Virus record (IMG/VR): IMGVR_UViG_3300028591_008352
Span: 1 to 64,000 of that record
Direction: 5' to 3' (one strand)
Source of the DNA: a virus
Taxonomy: Duplodnaviria > Caudoviricetes
DNA: 64,000 nt
The notes under the pieces were generated by a model. It was not told where the DNA came from and ran no database searches. It saw only the letters and a program-made list of their open reading frames with translations. How positions within the stretch are numbered: the stretch's first letter is position 1; each line of letters opens with the position of its first letter. The translations under genes and the position numbers were made by a program. This document shows, piece by piece, positions 8,086 through 17,356 of the stretch.

Positions 8086-8920
8086 AATCCGCTTCAAGAC
8101 GGACGATCCGAAAAGGATGCTCAACAAGTATATCTGCTCCCGTGTCATCAAGACATGGAGCGAGGACTTCGTGGATAATGATACAGGAGAGATTACGTCC
8201 GTTGAACGTAGCGATGTCCTCTTCGAGAAAGGCACCTACATCGACCGCGAAGTGCTGCAAATGATTCAGTTTTCGCAAGCCGCTGGTGAGTGCAGCGAAA
8301 TAGAGGTCAGCAATCAGAACCGAGAGGCATACGAACTGGAGAGCACTCACCTCTTCCCGTACAGTTCGAAGGTGACGATTGGTGACAAGAAGTATCGCTT
8401 CATCCTCTACGCTACCAGTATTGCCAACGTGCTCGAAATCATGCGTGACTATCTGGAACTGAACTACGCCGGGGGATTCTCCATCACCAACGTACAGGAA
8501 ATGGATTCCTGCATCATCCTCACCGATGAACTGACAAAGGAGAATCTGGATGTCGCCTATTTGCGTGATGGCATCGATATGGAAACGTATCTCAATGCCA
8601 AAGAAGGTGCAGATGAGTCTGAGGACGGCAATGCCAAGGAAGAGAAGAAGTTCTTCCAGATGGATATGAAGATAACGTATGACGACGGCATAGAGCTGCA
8701 TCAGTCGTTCATCGTGAACACCTTCGACACTAACCGGGCCTTGCTGGTCATCAACAAGTATCTGCAGGATGCCGAACAGAAGCACGCGGAAAAGGTCAAG
8801 GAGAATGGCGGTAGCTATGAGATTCGAAAGAATATCCTTTGTATTGAAAAAGCAGCACCCATGCCTGTGAAGAGCTTCGTCCCGAAAGAGTTCTCCCTGG
8901 CATACAACGAACCAGAGTAA
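8033..8920 (+). CDS. Phage protein with N-terminal segment resembling the Bacteroidetes RpoB beta-lobe insertion
   Basis: RVIKTWSEDFVDNDTGEITSVERSDVL resembles Bacteroides RpoB [27 protein letters not shown] (recalled from memory, not searched). Confidence 0.7.
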   Translation: MAKKKVPIKEKVKTRKDEIRFKTDDPKRMLNKYICSRVIKTWSEDFVDNDTGEITSVERSDVLFEKGTYIDREVLQMIQFSQAAGECSEIEVSNQNREAYELESTHLFPYSSKVTIGDKKYRFILYATSIANVLEIMRDYLELNYAGGFSITNVQEMDSCIILTDELTKENLDVAYLRDGIDMETYLNAKEGADESEDGNAKEEKKFFQMDMKITYDDGIELHQSFIVNTFDTNRALLVINKYLQDAEQKHAEKVKENGGSYEIRKNILCIEKAAPMPVKSFVPKEFSLAYNEPE

Positions 8921-8925
8921 AAGCT

Positions 8926-9657
8926 ATGGCATTAAGAGACCAACCATATTTGCCGTTGAACGTGCAGGACTTCCTCAACGATGAAAAGTTGCTGGAGTGT
9001 TCTGCATCGGCAACGGGAGTGTATATCAGACTTATGTGCATGATGCACAAGTCTGACCCATACGGCAAGATTGCCATCAAGTCCAGGGATATCTCCCTCT
9101 TCGGTGGTATCGAGCCGTTGGAGCAGTTCGCATCCCAGTTGGTTCGTCACATGCCATACGACAAGAAAGAGATTCTTAACGCCCTCAAAGAGCTTGTCGG
9201 TGAAGGTGTCATCTATGTGGATGGCAACTACCTTTGTCAGAAGCGGATGATACGAGACTCTGAAATCAGCGAGAAACGTGCTGAAGCTGGACGCAGGGGG
9301 TCATCCATCACCAACAAGCGTTTTGCCGCAACAAATGACGCGGCAAACGATTCGGCAAAACAATCGGCAAAACAATCGGCAAAAGGTACGGCAAAGCCGA
9401 AGTCTGATGTCAAGCACAAGTACACAGACACAGTCAAGATGACTGATGCAGAGTATTCCAAGCTTGTGGCAGATTACGGCGAGGACGGTGCGAAGAGAAT
9501 GGTAGAACTCCTTGATAACTACAAGGCCGCTACGGGCCGATCCTACAAGTCAGACTACAGGGCTATACTCAACTGGGTCGTTGACAAGTACAAAGAAGAA
9601 CTGAGAAAGAACGGCAGGGATTCTGGAACCTCTAAAGTGAATGATATATGGAAATAA
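8926..9657 (+). CDS. Replication initiator (YdaU/DUF1376-like N-terminus)
   Basis: RDQPYLPLNVQDFLND...GVYIRLMC. Contains an internal iteron array and lies directly upstream of a DnaC-like loader (lambda O/P arrangement). Confidence 0.8.
   Translation: MALRDQPYLPLNVQDFLNDEKLLECSASATGVYIRLMCMMHKSDPYGKIAIKSRDISLFGGIEPLEQFASQLVRHMPYDKKEILNALKELVGEGVIYVDGNYLCQKRMIRDSEISEKRAEAGRRGSSITNKRFAATNDAANDSAKQSAKQSAKGTAKPKSDVKHKYTDTVKMTDAEYSKLVADYGEDGAKRMVELLDNYKAATGRSYKSDYRAILNWVVDKYKEELRKNGRDSGTSKVNDIWK
9322..9395. repeat. Iteron array B inside the initiator gene (probable ori)
   Basis: TTTGCCG at 9322, then CGGCAAA at 9341, 9353, 9365, 9377, 9389 (exact 12-bp period; encodes SAKQ repeats). Confidence 0.85.
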
Positions 9658-10391
9658 AGGATGAAAAGGGCAATGTGATCAGAACAAACAGGATTGACCT
9701 CCTGCTGGCTAAGATTAAGCAGCGCGGCCTGTTCAATGACATCATACGCTACGGCTACATGGACTATGACCTCAATGAGTCGCTGCAGATGATAGAGATC
9801 ATTGGCAAGAGCAGGACGCAGAAGTTCGTGCTTGATGACGAGAACCGCTTCACCTACACGAACCTCATTAAGTGGGTACACGGCGACGCATCCATGCAAT
9901 GCCTCGATCCTAACAGCAAGGAGCATGTGAAAGGGAACTTGAAACGTGGTATCTACATAGCTGGCAATACAGGGACAGGTAAGTCGTGGGCGCTTGAAAT
10001 CATCGTAGCCTATTCACGGATGATGGGATTCCAGATAACATTCGATGACAAGCAGACGGGCCTTTCATGGGCAAACATCAGTGCCGATGATATATGCTCA
10101 AAGTTTTCCAACACAGGTAACATCGAGAGCATCAAGAATAACAATATCCTCGGCATTCAAGACCTCGGGGCTGAACCAATGGAGTGCTGCTTCATGGGTA
10201 ACAAGCTGGAGGTCATGCGCAACGTGATTGAGACACGCGGCGACAGGACTGACTACATCACATTATTCACCTCAAACCTACCTATGTCTCACAAGGCACT
10301 CTTAGACCGATACGGCGACCGCGTGGCCAGTCGTCTCGTGGAAATGTGCAACTACTTCGAGATTAAGGGGCAGGACAGAAGAAAACTTTAA
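9648..10391 (+). CDS. DnaC/IstB-like ATPase (helicase loader)
   Basis: Walker A GNTGTGKS, IQDLGAEP, TLFTSNL, YGDRVASRLVEM. Confidence 0.88.
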   Translation: MEIKDEKGNVIRTNRIDLLLAKIKQRGLFNDIIRYGYMDYDLNESLQMIEIIGKSRTQKFVLDDENRFTYTNLIKWVHGDASMQCLDPNSKEHVKGNLKRGIYIAGNTGTGKSWALEIIVAYSRMMGFQITFDDKQTGLSWANISADDICSKFSNTGNIESIKNNNILGIQDLGAEPMECCFMGNKLEVMRNVIETRGDRTDYITLFTSNLPMSHKALLDRYGDRVASRLVEMCNYFEIKGQDRRKL

Positions 10392-10397
10392 CTTTTA

Positions 10398-10413
10398 ACG
10401 CAATATTGATATG
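10398..10413 (+). promoter_or_regulatory. sRNA target site 2 (ACGCAATATTGATATG), ends on the pcfK-like ATG
   Basis: 15/16 Watson-Crick plus 1 G:U to the sRNA. Confidence 0.75.
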
Positions 10414-10941
10414 GCAACAAAGAACGAACCAAAGAAAGAGCAGGAGCAGAAGAAGTCAGCTCCGGCAAAAGGCGGGAAGGTTTCAGACACCTTCAAGACA
10501 ACCATCAAGGCATACCTCGACAAGCGAGCTGCCGAAGATGAACTATTCGCCAAGACTTACGCCAAGGAGAACAAGAACCTTGACGAGTGTTGTAACTACA
10601 TTCTCCAGCAGGTACAGAAGTCGGGCTGCATGGGATTTGCCGACGAGGAAATCTACGGCATGGCAGTCCACTACTACGACGAGGATGACATCAAGAATGT
10701 GAAGCCTGTATCGGCAGGAAAGATTGTCGTTAACCACGTTGTAGAGCTCTCTGAGGCAGAAAAAGCCGAAGCAAAGGAGAAAGCCAAGGCTGACTATGAA
10801 AAGGAGCAGCTGGCAAAGCTGAAGGAGGAAGAGCGCAAGCGTGAGGAAAAGGAGCGCAAGCGCATGGAAGAGCGCAAGCGGAAGGCCCAGGAAGCCGCCG
10901 AGCGCCAGAAGTCATTGCAACTATCACTATTTGAACTTTAG
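10411..10941 (+). CDS. PcfK-like protein
   Basis: FKTTIKAYLDKRAAEDELFAKTYAKENKNLDECCNYI...GFADEEIYGMAVHYYDE; ends QLSLFEL. Confidence 0.88.
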   Translation: MATKNEPKKEQEQKKSAPAKGGKVSDTFKTTIKAYLDKRAAEDELFAKTYAKENKNLDECCNYILQQVQKSGCMGFADEEIYGMAVHYYDEDDIKNVKPVSAGKIVVNHVVELSEAEKAEAKEKAKADYEKEQLAKLKEEERKREEKERKRMEERKRKAQEAAERQKSLQLSLFEL

Positions 10942-10945
10942 GCCT

Positions 10946-12376
10946 ATGTGTAGCGCAGGATTATTACTAAAGGCGACTCCCATTGAGGTATCAAAGGGTC
11001 GCAAGCCACATACGAAGCTCCAGCAGAAGTGCCTCGATTTGGCAGATACGCTTCCACCTCTTACTGAGGCACAGAAGAAATGGGCACGTAGCAAGATGTC
11101 CGGACTTGGATTCTACGTCACAAGAGGCCGAGGTGGTAAGCACAGCTGCATCTGGTGTCAAGAATGTGGCCAGATGGATGAAGTCGGTCTTCCCCCATTG
11201 GCCGTAGCACTAAAAATCAAGGATACGAAAACCCATATATGTTCCAAATGCGGAAGGAAACTTGAAGTCCGAGATTGGGCGCCTCGCTGGGATCACAAGC
11301 ATGACGTTGAGCATGATTTCAATTTCGCCATTGTTACCGTATGCGAAGGGATGCAGGTTGTTAGAATGTTTAACTGGCATCAGTACAATACTTTGGGGAG
11401 TGAAACTATTAACCATGTTTTCGAGGTGTTCCAAGTCTGGTTTGAACCAATTAAAGGCAAGAAAGTTATTATTTCAAAGCAGTACACAAGAAGCTGGTAT
11501 CATTTCAGATGGCACATGCACAGCGAGTGGAAAGTGAAATCAAATGCTCCTACAGGTGGTTATTCTTACAATGACGTTTACTCACTTGACAATATATTCA
11601 TCTACCCAAGGGCAAAGATACTACCAATACTTAGGCGCAATGGATGGAGCAATAAGATGTTCAGTATGTACACAAGTCCTTTAGATATATGGCGTGGACT
11701 GCTGACAGATCCGACGATTGAAGGCCTGGCCAAAACACACCAGTATGATGTTATGGACTATTGGTTTAGGCACGGAGGCCCGAGGCGTGACAAATCACAA
11801 TGGTTATCCCTCGTCAAGATATGCAACCGAAGGAAATACATCATAAAGGATGCTTCCATGTGGTTTGACTACATCGACCTGCTGGAATACTTCCATAAGG
11901 ACACCCACAGTCCTCACTATATATGCCCGGAGGACTTGAAGCGTGAACATGACAGGCTGATGGATAAAAAGAAACGTATTGAGAAGGCCGCTGAACTGAA
12001 ACGTCAGATAGCACAGGCAGAGAAACATGAGAAAGATTATAAAAAGCATCGTGGAATGTTCTTTGGTATCTGCTTCGGAAATGAAAACATCGTAGTTACC
12101 GTTATCTGCAGCGTCAAGGAAATGGCTGAGGAGGGCACGATGATGCACCACTGCGTATATGCCAACGGCTATTACGACCACAAACGCCACCCGGACAGCC
12201 TGATACTGTCCGCAAAGGACAGGGAAGGGCACCGCCTCGAGACGGTGGAGGTCAACACCAAGACATGGAAGGTTCTTCAGTCGAGAGCTGTATGTAACGG
12301 AACATCGAAGTACCACGACGAGATTGTGAAACTGGTAGAGAAAAATATCGGACTATTCAAAAAGGCAGCAGCATGA
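10946..12376 (+). CDS. PcfJ domain-containing protein
   Basis: Zn ribbons CQECG/CSKCG, MWFDYIDLL, HDRLM, EEGTMMHHCVY, ETVEV; follows PcfK. Confidence 0.88.
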   Translation: MCSAGLLLKATPIEVSKGRKPHTKLQQKCLDLADTLPPLTEAQKKWARSKMSGLGFYVTRGRGGKHSCIWCQECGQMDEVGLPPLAVALKIKDTKTHICSKCGRKLEVRDWAPRWDHKHDVEHDFNFAIVTVCEGMQVVRMFNWHQYNTLGSETINHVFEVFQVWFEPIKGKKVIISKQYTRSWYHFRWHMHSEWKVKSNAPTGGYSYNDVYSLDNIFIYPRAKILPILRRNGWSNKMFSMYTSPLDIWRGLLTDPTIEGLAKTHQYDVMDYWFRHGGPRRDKSQWLSLVKICNRRKYIIKDASMWFDYIDLLEYFHKDTHSPHYICPEDLKREHDRLMDKKKRIEKAAELKRQIAQAEKHEKDYKKHRGMFFGICFGNENIVVTVICSVKEMAEEGTMMHHCVYANGYYDHKRHPDSLILSAKDREGHRLETVEVNTKTWKVLQSRAVCNGTSKYHDEIVKLVEKNIGLFKKAAA

Positions 12377-13212
12377 GTTACTCTGTAAAACCACTGGCAA
12401 AGGAAATGGAGAATTTCGGCTACCGTTATGGCATCGGAATGGCAGAGACGCTTTCCTCCTTGCTTGACTACATCATAGGCTATTGCGACCCCGATGGAAA
12501 GCCCGTCGAGGGATGGCGGTACAACAAGGAGCAGAACCAGGCCTTTTTCTCGATGATGTCAACCTACTTCAATATCATGCAGGATGCCCTCTCTCATGAC
12601 GGCTGGCACGATGCCTTCGGCGATCTCTTCATGGAATGGGCAGGAAGCAAGAACGCCCTCGGCCAGTGCTTTACCCCGGCCAGCATCTGCAACTTGATGG
12701 CGGACGTCACCTTTTGCGGCCAGAAGCAGGACATTCCGCAAGTGAGTTGCAACGGATTCGGCCGACGTATCACCGTCAGCGACTGCGCATGTGGCAGCGG
12801 CCGTCTCCTTCTGGCCGCTGCAAGCAAGCTGGAGCGTATGGGTGCCGAAAAGCCCTATCTCATTGGTGAGGACATCGATGCCATGTGCTGCAAGCAGACC
12901 GCCATAAACATGATGATACACGGATGCTTCGGAGAGGTCATCTGCCATGACACCCTTTGCGAACCGGGAGAGGCACGGTTCGGATATATCGTTAACGAGG
13001 GGCTTTACCCCTTCCCCGCATTGCCTACCATACGTCGCTTCACGGACTCAAATGTGTTCATCGGGTGTCGTATATGGAAAGCGAGGAAACAGCCCCAGGA
13101 AAGCCCAAGAATTGAAGAAGCGGTAATCGTGGAGCCTGTCAAGGTGACTGCACCAGCGGCCAAGCCAAAGGCGGCTCCCATTCAACTAAGCCTTTTTGGA
13201 GATGACTATTAA
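12373..13212 (+). CDS. N-6 DNA methylase-like protein (SAM-binding motifs, no NPPF/Y)
   Basis: GQCFTP, DCACGSGRLLL, GEDID, HDTL present; catalytic motif IV not recognisable; ends QLSLFGDDY. Confidence 0.8.
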   Translation: MSYSVKPLAKEMENFGYRYGIGMAETLSSLLDYIIGYCDPDGKPVEGWRYNKEQNQAFFSMMSTYFNIMQDALSHDGWHDAFGDLFMEWAGSKNALGQCFTPASICNLMADVTFCGQKQDIPQVSCNGFGRRITVSDCACGSGRLLLAAASKLERMGAEKPYLIGEDIDAMCCKQTAINMMIHGCFGEVICHDTLCEPGEARFGYIVNEGLYPFPALPTIRRFTDSNVFIGCRIWKARKQPQESPRIEEAVIVEPVKVTAPAAKPKAAPIQLSLFGDDY

Positions 13213-13411
13213 CGGACATACATTCTATGAAATGCCGACTATATGCGGATCCTGCCCCTTCTTCCTCGCAGGGAGGGAGGACACAATGGGATGGTGTACG
13301 GCATTTTCCAAGCATAAGAGCAGATGGGCAAACGTCCCCAAGCGATGTAAAGACCTGTTTGAAAAAGCCTTCAAGATAGGCGGTGATTTAGTAATCGTAA
13401 TCAAGGAATAG
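13202..13411 (+). CDS. Small Cys-rich protein
   Basis: CGSCPFF...WC; ATG at 13202. Confidence 0.6.
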   Translation: MTINGHTFYEMPTICGSCPFFLAGREDTMGWCTAFSKHKSRWANVPKRCKDLFEKAFKIGGDLVIVIKE

Positions 13412-13413
13412 AC

Positions 13414-13581
13414 ATGAAATATCTTGTAATATGCAAAGACAAGTCAGCGTTCTGGACTGACTATTACACTTTCGATAATATGTGGAATGGTGACACCATC
13501 CATTGCGTGATTGATATTGCAGCCGATAAGGTAACGTTTAACGGCTGTGATTGGCAGGAAGTTGAATACGACCATTTGTAA
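13414..13581 (+). CDS. Small hypothetical protein (55 aa, below ORF-track cutoff)
   Basis: MKYLVICKDKSAFWTDYYTFDNMWNG...; fills the gap between neighbouring genes exactly. Confidence 0.6.
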   Translation: MKYLVICKDKSAFWTDYYTFDNMWNGDTIHCVIDIAADKVTFNGCDWQEVEYDHL

Positions 13582-13593
13582 TCGACTAACAGA

Positions 13594-14544
13594 ATGGACT
13601 TCAACATTATACACAACATGGACTGCCTCGACGGGCTGAGAGCGATGGATGATTGTAGTATCGACTGTTGCGTCACCTCACCTCCATACTTCGCCTTGCG
13701 CGATTATGGTTGCAACGGTCAGATAGGCTTAGAGCATTCGCCTGAAGAGTATATCGACAAGCTGGTATCTGTCTTTTCCGAGGTGTTGCGCGTGATGAAG
13801 CCTGATGGAACTTGTTGGGTGGTGATTGGTGATACATACGCTGGTTCTTGCAAGGGAGCAGCCAATTATCCTGAAAATGCAAAGAAGTATAAGCAGGGAA
13901 CGAATGTTGGATCGTTAGACAAAGCAATCGCGTACAAGTTCGTTACGGAAGCTAAAGACCGTGACCTGATAGGCATTCCGTGGATGCTGGCCTTTGCGCT
14001 CAGGAGACTTGGATTCTATCTGAGACAGGATATAATTTGGCACAAGACGAATCCGATGCCGGAGCCTGTCAAGTCAAGGTGTGTGAAGTCTCACGAATAC
14101 ATCTTCCTGCTATCCAAGTCGCGGACGTATTATTTCAACAGCGAGGCCATCAAGGAACGTGCCGTGACAGCCTTAAAGCGTTGGGATATTGGAAGCAGAC
14201 AACGTGGAATACTGGTGCCTGGTCAAAAATACAGTCAATTCAGAGGTGGCTATTATATTCAGAACGAAATGTCAAATAAGAGAGACGTTTGGAGTATTGC
14301 GATTAAGACGACCAAAAACCAAAACCATCATGCCACGTTTCCTGAAGAGATTCCTACGAATTGCATTCTTGCCGGATGTCCTGATGGAGGCATTGTCCTC
14401 GACCCATTTATGGGATCAGGAACAACGGCTATGGCAGCGCTAAAGACTGGTAGGAACTTTATCGGATTCGAACTAAACACAAACTATTGCTACCTCGCAA
14501 ACAGGCGGGTGGCAGAATATCAGAAACAGTTAAGACTATTTTGA
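13594..14544 (+). CDS. Beta-class DNA methyltransferase (N4-C/N6-A)
   Basis: Motif IV TSPPY precedes motif I LDPFMGSGTT; HHATFP; ends QLRLF. Confidence 0.92.
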   Translation: MDFNIIHNMDCLDGLRAMDDCSIDCCVTSPPYFALRDYGCNGQIGLEHSPEEYIDKLVSVFSEVLRVMKPDGTCWVVIGDTYAGSCKGAANYPENAKKYKQGTNVGSLDKAIAYKFVTEAKDRDLIGIPWMLAFALRRLGFYLRQDIIWHKTNPMPEPVKSRCVKSHEYIFLLSKSRTYYFNSEAIKERAVTALKRWDIGSRQRGILVPGQKYSQFRGGYYIQNEMSNKRDVWSIAIKTTKNQNHHATFPEEIPTNCILAGCPDGGIVLDPFMGSGTTAMAALKTGRNFIGFELNTNYCYLANRRVAEYQKQLRLF

Positions 14545-14548
14545 GATC

Positions 14549-14974
14549 ATGAAAGAAATAAAAAGTATAATTGAAAAGACAACAAATTGTTTCCTACATG
14601 GATTGCTTGTAGGTGCAGCAATGATTTGGTTACTATCATGCTCTGGGAATTGTCATGCCCAGACAAGGGCGGAGGTGCTGCAGGAAATCAAGAGGCAGAA
14701 CATCCCCCACCCTGCCGTCGTGCTCGCTCAGGCAAGGCTTGAGACGGGCAACTTCAAGAGCGACTACTACCTTCGCACGAAGAATCTTTTTGGCATCAAG
14801 AAGAAAGGTAAGTACGCAATCTACGACGACTGGCGTGACGGCGTAAGGGAGTACAAGCGTCTGGTGTCGTCACGATACGACGGTGGAAGCTATTACTCCT
14901 TCCTCCGCAGAATCAACTACGCCAGCGACCAGAATTACATCGGAAAACTGAAAAAAATACAAGGATATCATTAA
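14549..14974 (+). CDS. Exported glucosaminidase-domain peptidoglycan hydrolase
   Basis: Hydrophobic N-terminus; VLAQARLETG, NLFGIK, YASDQNY (Glucosaminidase/FlgJ-like). Confidence 0.8.
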   Translation: MKEIKSIIEKTTNCFLHGLLVGAAMIWLLSCSGNCHAQTRAEVLQEIKRQNIPHPAVVLAQARLETGNFKSDYYLRTKNLFGIKKKGKYAIYDDWRDGVREYKRLVSSRYDGGSYYSFLRRINYASDQNYIGKLKKIQGYH

Positions 14975-14987
14975 ACCATTCAAGACC

Positions 14988-15758
14988 ATGAACGAAGTAA
15001 TAGAGTTCGGCGAAAGCCAAAGGACAATGAGCTCCATCGAAATTGCGGAGCTCACGGGAAAGAACCATTTTGACGTGATGCGCTCCATCCGTAACATGGA
15101 GCCGGCATGGGAGAAAGTAAGCCAAAGCAAATTTGCATTGGCCACCTACAAGGATGCACAGGGCAAGGAAAGGCCTTGCTATTTTCTCGACAAGAGGGAA
15201 TGCCTGTACATCGCCACCAAGTTCAACGACGAGGCCAGGGCAAAGCTTGTCCTGCGATGGGAGGAACTGGAGACAAGGGAACGGCGGAACTTCACCGCCC
15301 TGCCCGATTTCTCCAACCCTGCCGCTGCCGCCCGTGCCTGGGCCTGTGAGTATGAGGCGAAGCTGATTGAGGCGAAGCGTGCCGACGCTGCCGAGCAACA
15401 GGTGTTCGCACTCTCGCAGGAGATTGAGCAGATGCAGCCGAAGGTCAGCTACTACGACACCATCCTCAACAACAAGTCGACGGTGCTCACCACGCAGATT
15501 GCCCTCGACTACGGCATGTCGGCGAAGGCGTTCAACCAGAAGCTGTTCGCCCTCCGCATCCAACACAAGGTAGGCGACCAGTGGATCCTCTACGCCCCCT
15601 ACCTCTCGCAGGGCTACATGCATTCAAAGCCGATAGAGATTACCCGTCGTGACGGTCATAGGGAAATCAAGTACAACTCGGAGTGGACGCAGAAAGGGCG
15701 ACTGTTCCTCTACGACGCGTTGAAGAAGCAGAACATCATCCCGTTAATCGAGCAGTAG
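14988..15758 (+). CDS. Rha-family protein fused to antirepressor KilAC domain
   Basis: MSSIEIAELTGKNHFDVMRSIR...RAKLVLRWEELE; C-terminal QPKVSYYDTIL...EWTQKGRLFLY. Confidence 0.9.
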   Translation: MNEVIEFGESQRTMSSIEIAELTGKNHFDVMRSIRNMEPAWEKVSQSKFALATYKDAQGKERPCYFLDKRECLYIATKFNDEARAKLVLRWEELETRERRNFTALPDFSNPAAAARAWACEYEAKLIEAKRADAAEQQVFALSQEIEQMQPKVSYYDTILNNKSTVLTTQIALDYGMSAKAFNQKLFALRIQHKVGDQWILYAPYLSQGYMHSKPIEITRRDGHREIKYNSEWTQKGRLFLYDALKKQNIIPLIEQ

Positions 15759-15777
15759 CACCAGGAAGGAGTAACTT

Positions 15778-16797
15778 ATGACGTACGACGAGATAACACT
15801 GTTCCGCAAGTTCCTCAATGGAAAGGGCGTGACGAATAACTTCGAGTATTTCTATGCCAACCACCGCTTCGAGAGAATCAGCATCGACGACTACTACGGG
15901 AAGGTTTCGGCGGAGAATGTCATACTGGACGCATTCGACATGGGTTCAGCCGGCAATACCATCTTCAACTTCAAGTACTGGAAGTCCCTCGACGAGAAAT
16001 GGCAGCGCAAGCTGCGTGAGTTCAGGCTGACGGGGAAAATGGTGGAGGAAGCCACCGTCAAGTGCGCCCATTGCTGCAGGGTGCTTCCGAAGTCCGCCTT
16101 TCTGTACCGCTCGAACGGACTGCTCCACAAGCACTGCAAGGAGTGCGAGAGCGGAGAGTGGGACAGGAAGAAGAAAGAGCGCGAAAAGGAGGCAAAGGAG
16201 AGAGAGGAACGGGAAAGGCAGACCCGCCAACTGGAGAAGGAGATTAGCGAGAAGCAGGCCAAGCTACAAAGGCTGACAGATGAAAAGACTGATTGGGAGA
16301 GACACGACGAGATAGAGAGAGCCCTCAACTATGCCTCCCGCGTATCTGACAAGGAGATAGTGAGCCAAGAACCCGTCAGGAGCACCCAGACGGAGAAGAA
16401 GGGGGACTTCACCTTCTTCGACTTCGAGAGGACGAGCAGCCTGGCAAACAACATCGGCCCCAACAAGTTCGCCATCAATAACAAGAAAGGCAACTATACA
16501 GTGGTGATGAACATCGAGGACAGCAGGGCCATTATCGACGCAAGCCTGATGCGCCTTCGCCTGAGGCAGGACAACATCACGGGTGCCCTTCATTTCGTTT
16601 TCAACGCCACCGTCGGTGCTTCCTGTGTCGTCAGGAACAAGAAGAACGTCACCGTTGCCAACAAGCAGCTGGTGGGGTTCCTGGTCAATGCCCTCGGGTA
16701 TGAGAGCACGACTGAGCGCATCCTTGTCGACATATCCGACAACCTCTCTCGCACCAGAGACTATGTGACGTTCCTGATCAAGAAACCCAAGAAATAA
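15778..16797 (+). CDS. Hypothetical protein with Zn finger and coiled coil
   Basis: CAHC...CKEC followed by a charged coiled coil. Confidence 0.7.
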   Translation: MTYDEITLFRKFLNGKGVTNNFEYFYANHRFERISIDDYYGKVSAENVILDAFDMGSAGNTIFNFKYWKSLDEKWQRKLREFRLTGKMVEEATVKCAHCCRVLPKSAFLYRSNGLLHKHCKECESGEWDRKKKEREKEAKEREERERQTRQLEKEISEKQAKLQRLTDEKTDWERHDEIERALNYASRVSDKEIVSQEPVRSTQTEKKGDFTFFDFERTSSLANNIGPNKFAINNKKGNYTVVMNIEDSRAIIDASLMRLRLRQDNITGALHFVFNATVGASCVVRNKKNVTVANKQLVGFLVNALGYESTTERILVDISDNLSRTRDYVTFLIKKPKK

Positions 16798-16801
16798 TCT
16801 C

Positions 16802-17302
16802 ATGTGTACGATAATGACAAGGGGCGGAGCATTGACTTGGTGGGGAAAGGAACTGCCAAGGGAGGTCGCCTACTGCATCAAGGAGATAGGTCAGGACTGG
16901 CGTGAGGTTACCTATAAGGAAATCTTTGCCAGAAAGAAAGCCCAACAGGATGCCAGAATCTCCATGAAAAGAGAACATGAGGAAGTGAGGCCTTGCGCTG
17001 TATGGGTGTTCTTCAACGAACACGGCATTAACGACATGTTCTTCAAAGGGTGGTGGATATACTTGCGTACGTTGAGGGGCGACTATGCCCTGAACTTCCG
17101 AAATCCGCGTAAAGACCTGGTAATGCAGATTAAGCAGCTCTTCCCTTGCGGATGCATCCCCTTTGATGCAGAGTATGACGAACTTTGGTTTTCCGCTTTC
17201 GAGAAGCAGTACCATCGTACTGGGAAAAGAAAGAGGAACGCTATAGCATTCGCCAGATGTCAGTTTAACAAACGTGGATATATCACCAAAATCTTCAAAT
17301 AA
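16802..17302 (+). CDS. Hypothetical phage protein
   Basis: 166-aa ORF in operon. Confidence 0.65.
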   Translation: MCTIMTRGGALTWWGKELPREVAYCIKEIGQDWREVTYKEIFARKKAQQDARISMKREHEEVRPCAVWVFFNEHGINDMFFKGWWIYLRTLRGDYALNFRNPRKDLVMQIKQLFPCGCIPFDAEYDELWFSAFEKQYHRTGKRKRNAIAFARCQFNKRGYITKIFK

Positions 17303-17321
17303 GTACATCGTAGTGAGTAGT

Positions 17322-17352
17322 GTGTATAGTAGTATTTAATATCATAGTACAA
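17322..17352 (+). promoter_or_regulatory. Bipartite leader motif GTGTATAGTAGTAT-N8-ATAGTACAA, copy 1
   Basis: Identical boxes and spacing at 19630-19660; both copies end 4-5 nt before an ATG. Confidence 0.6.
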
Positions 17353-17356
17353 CATT

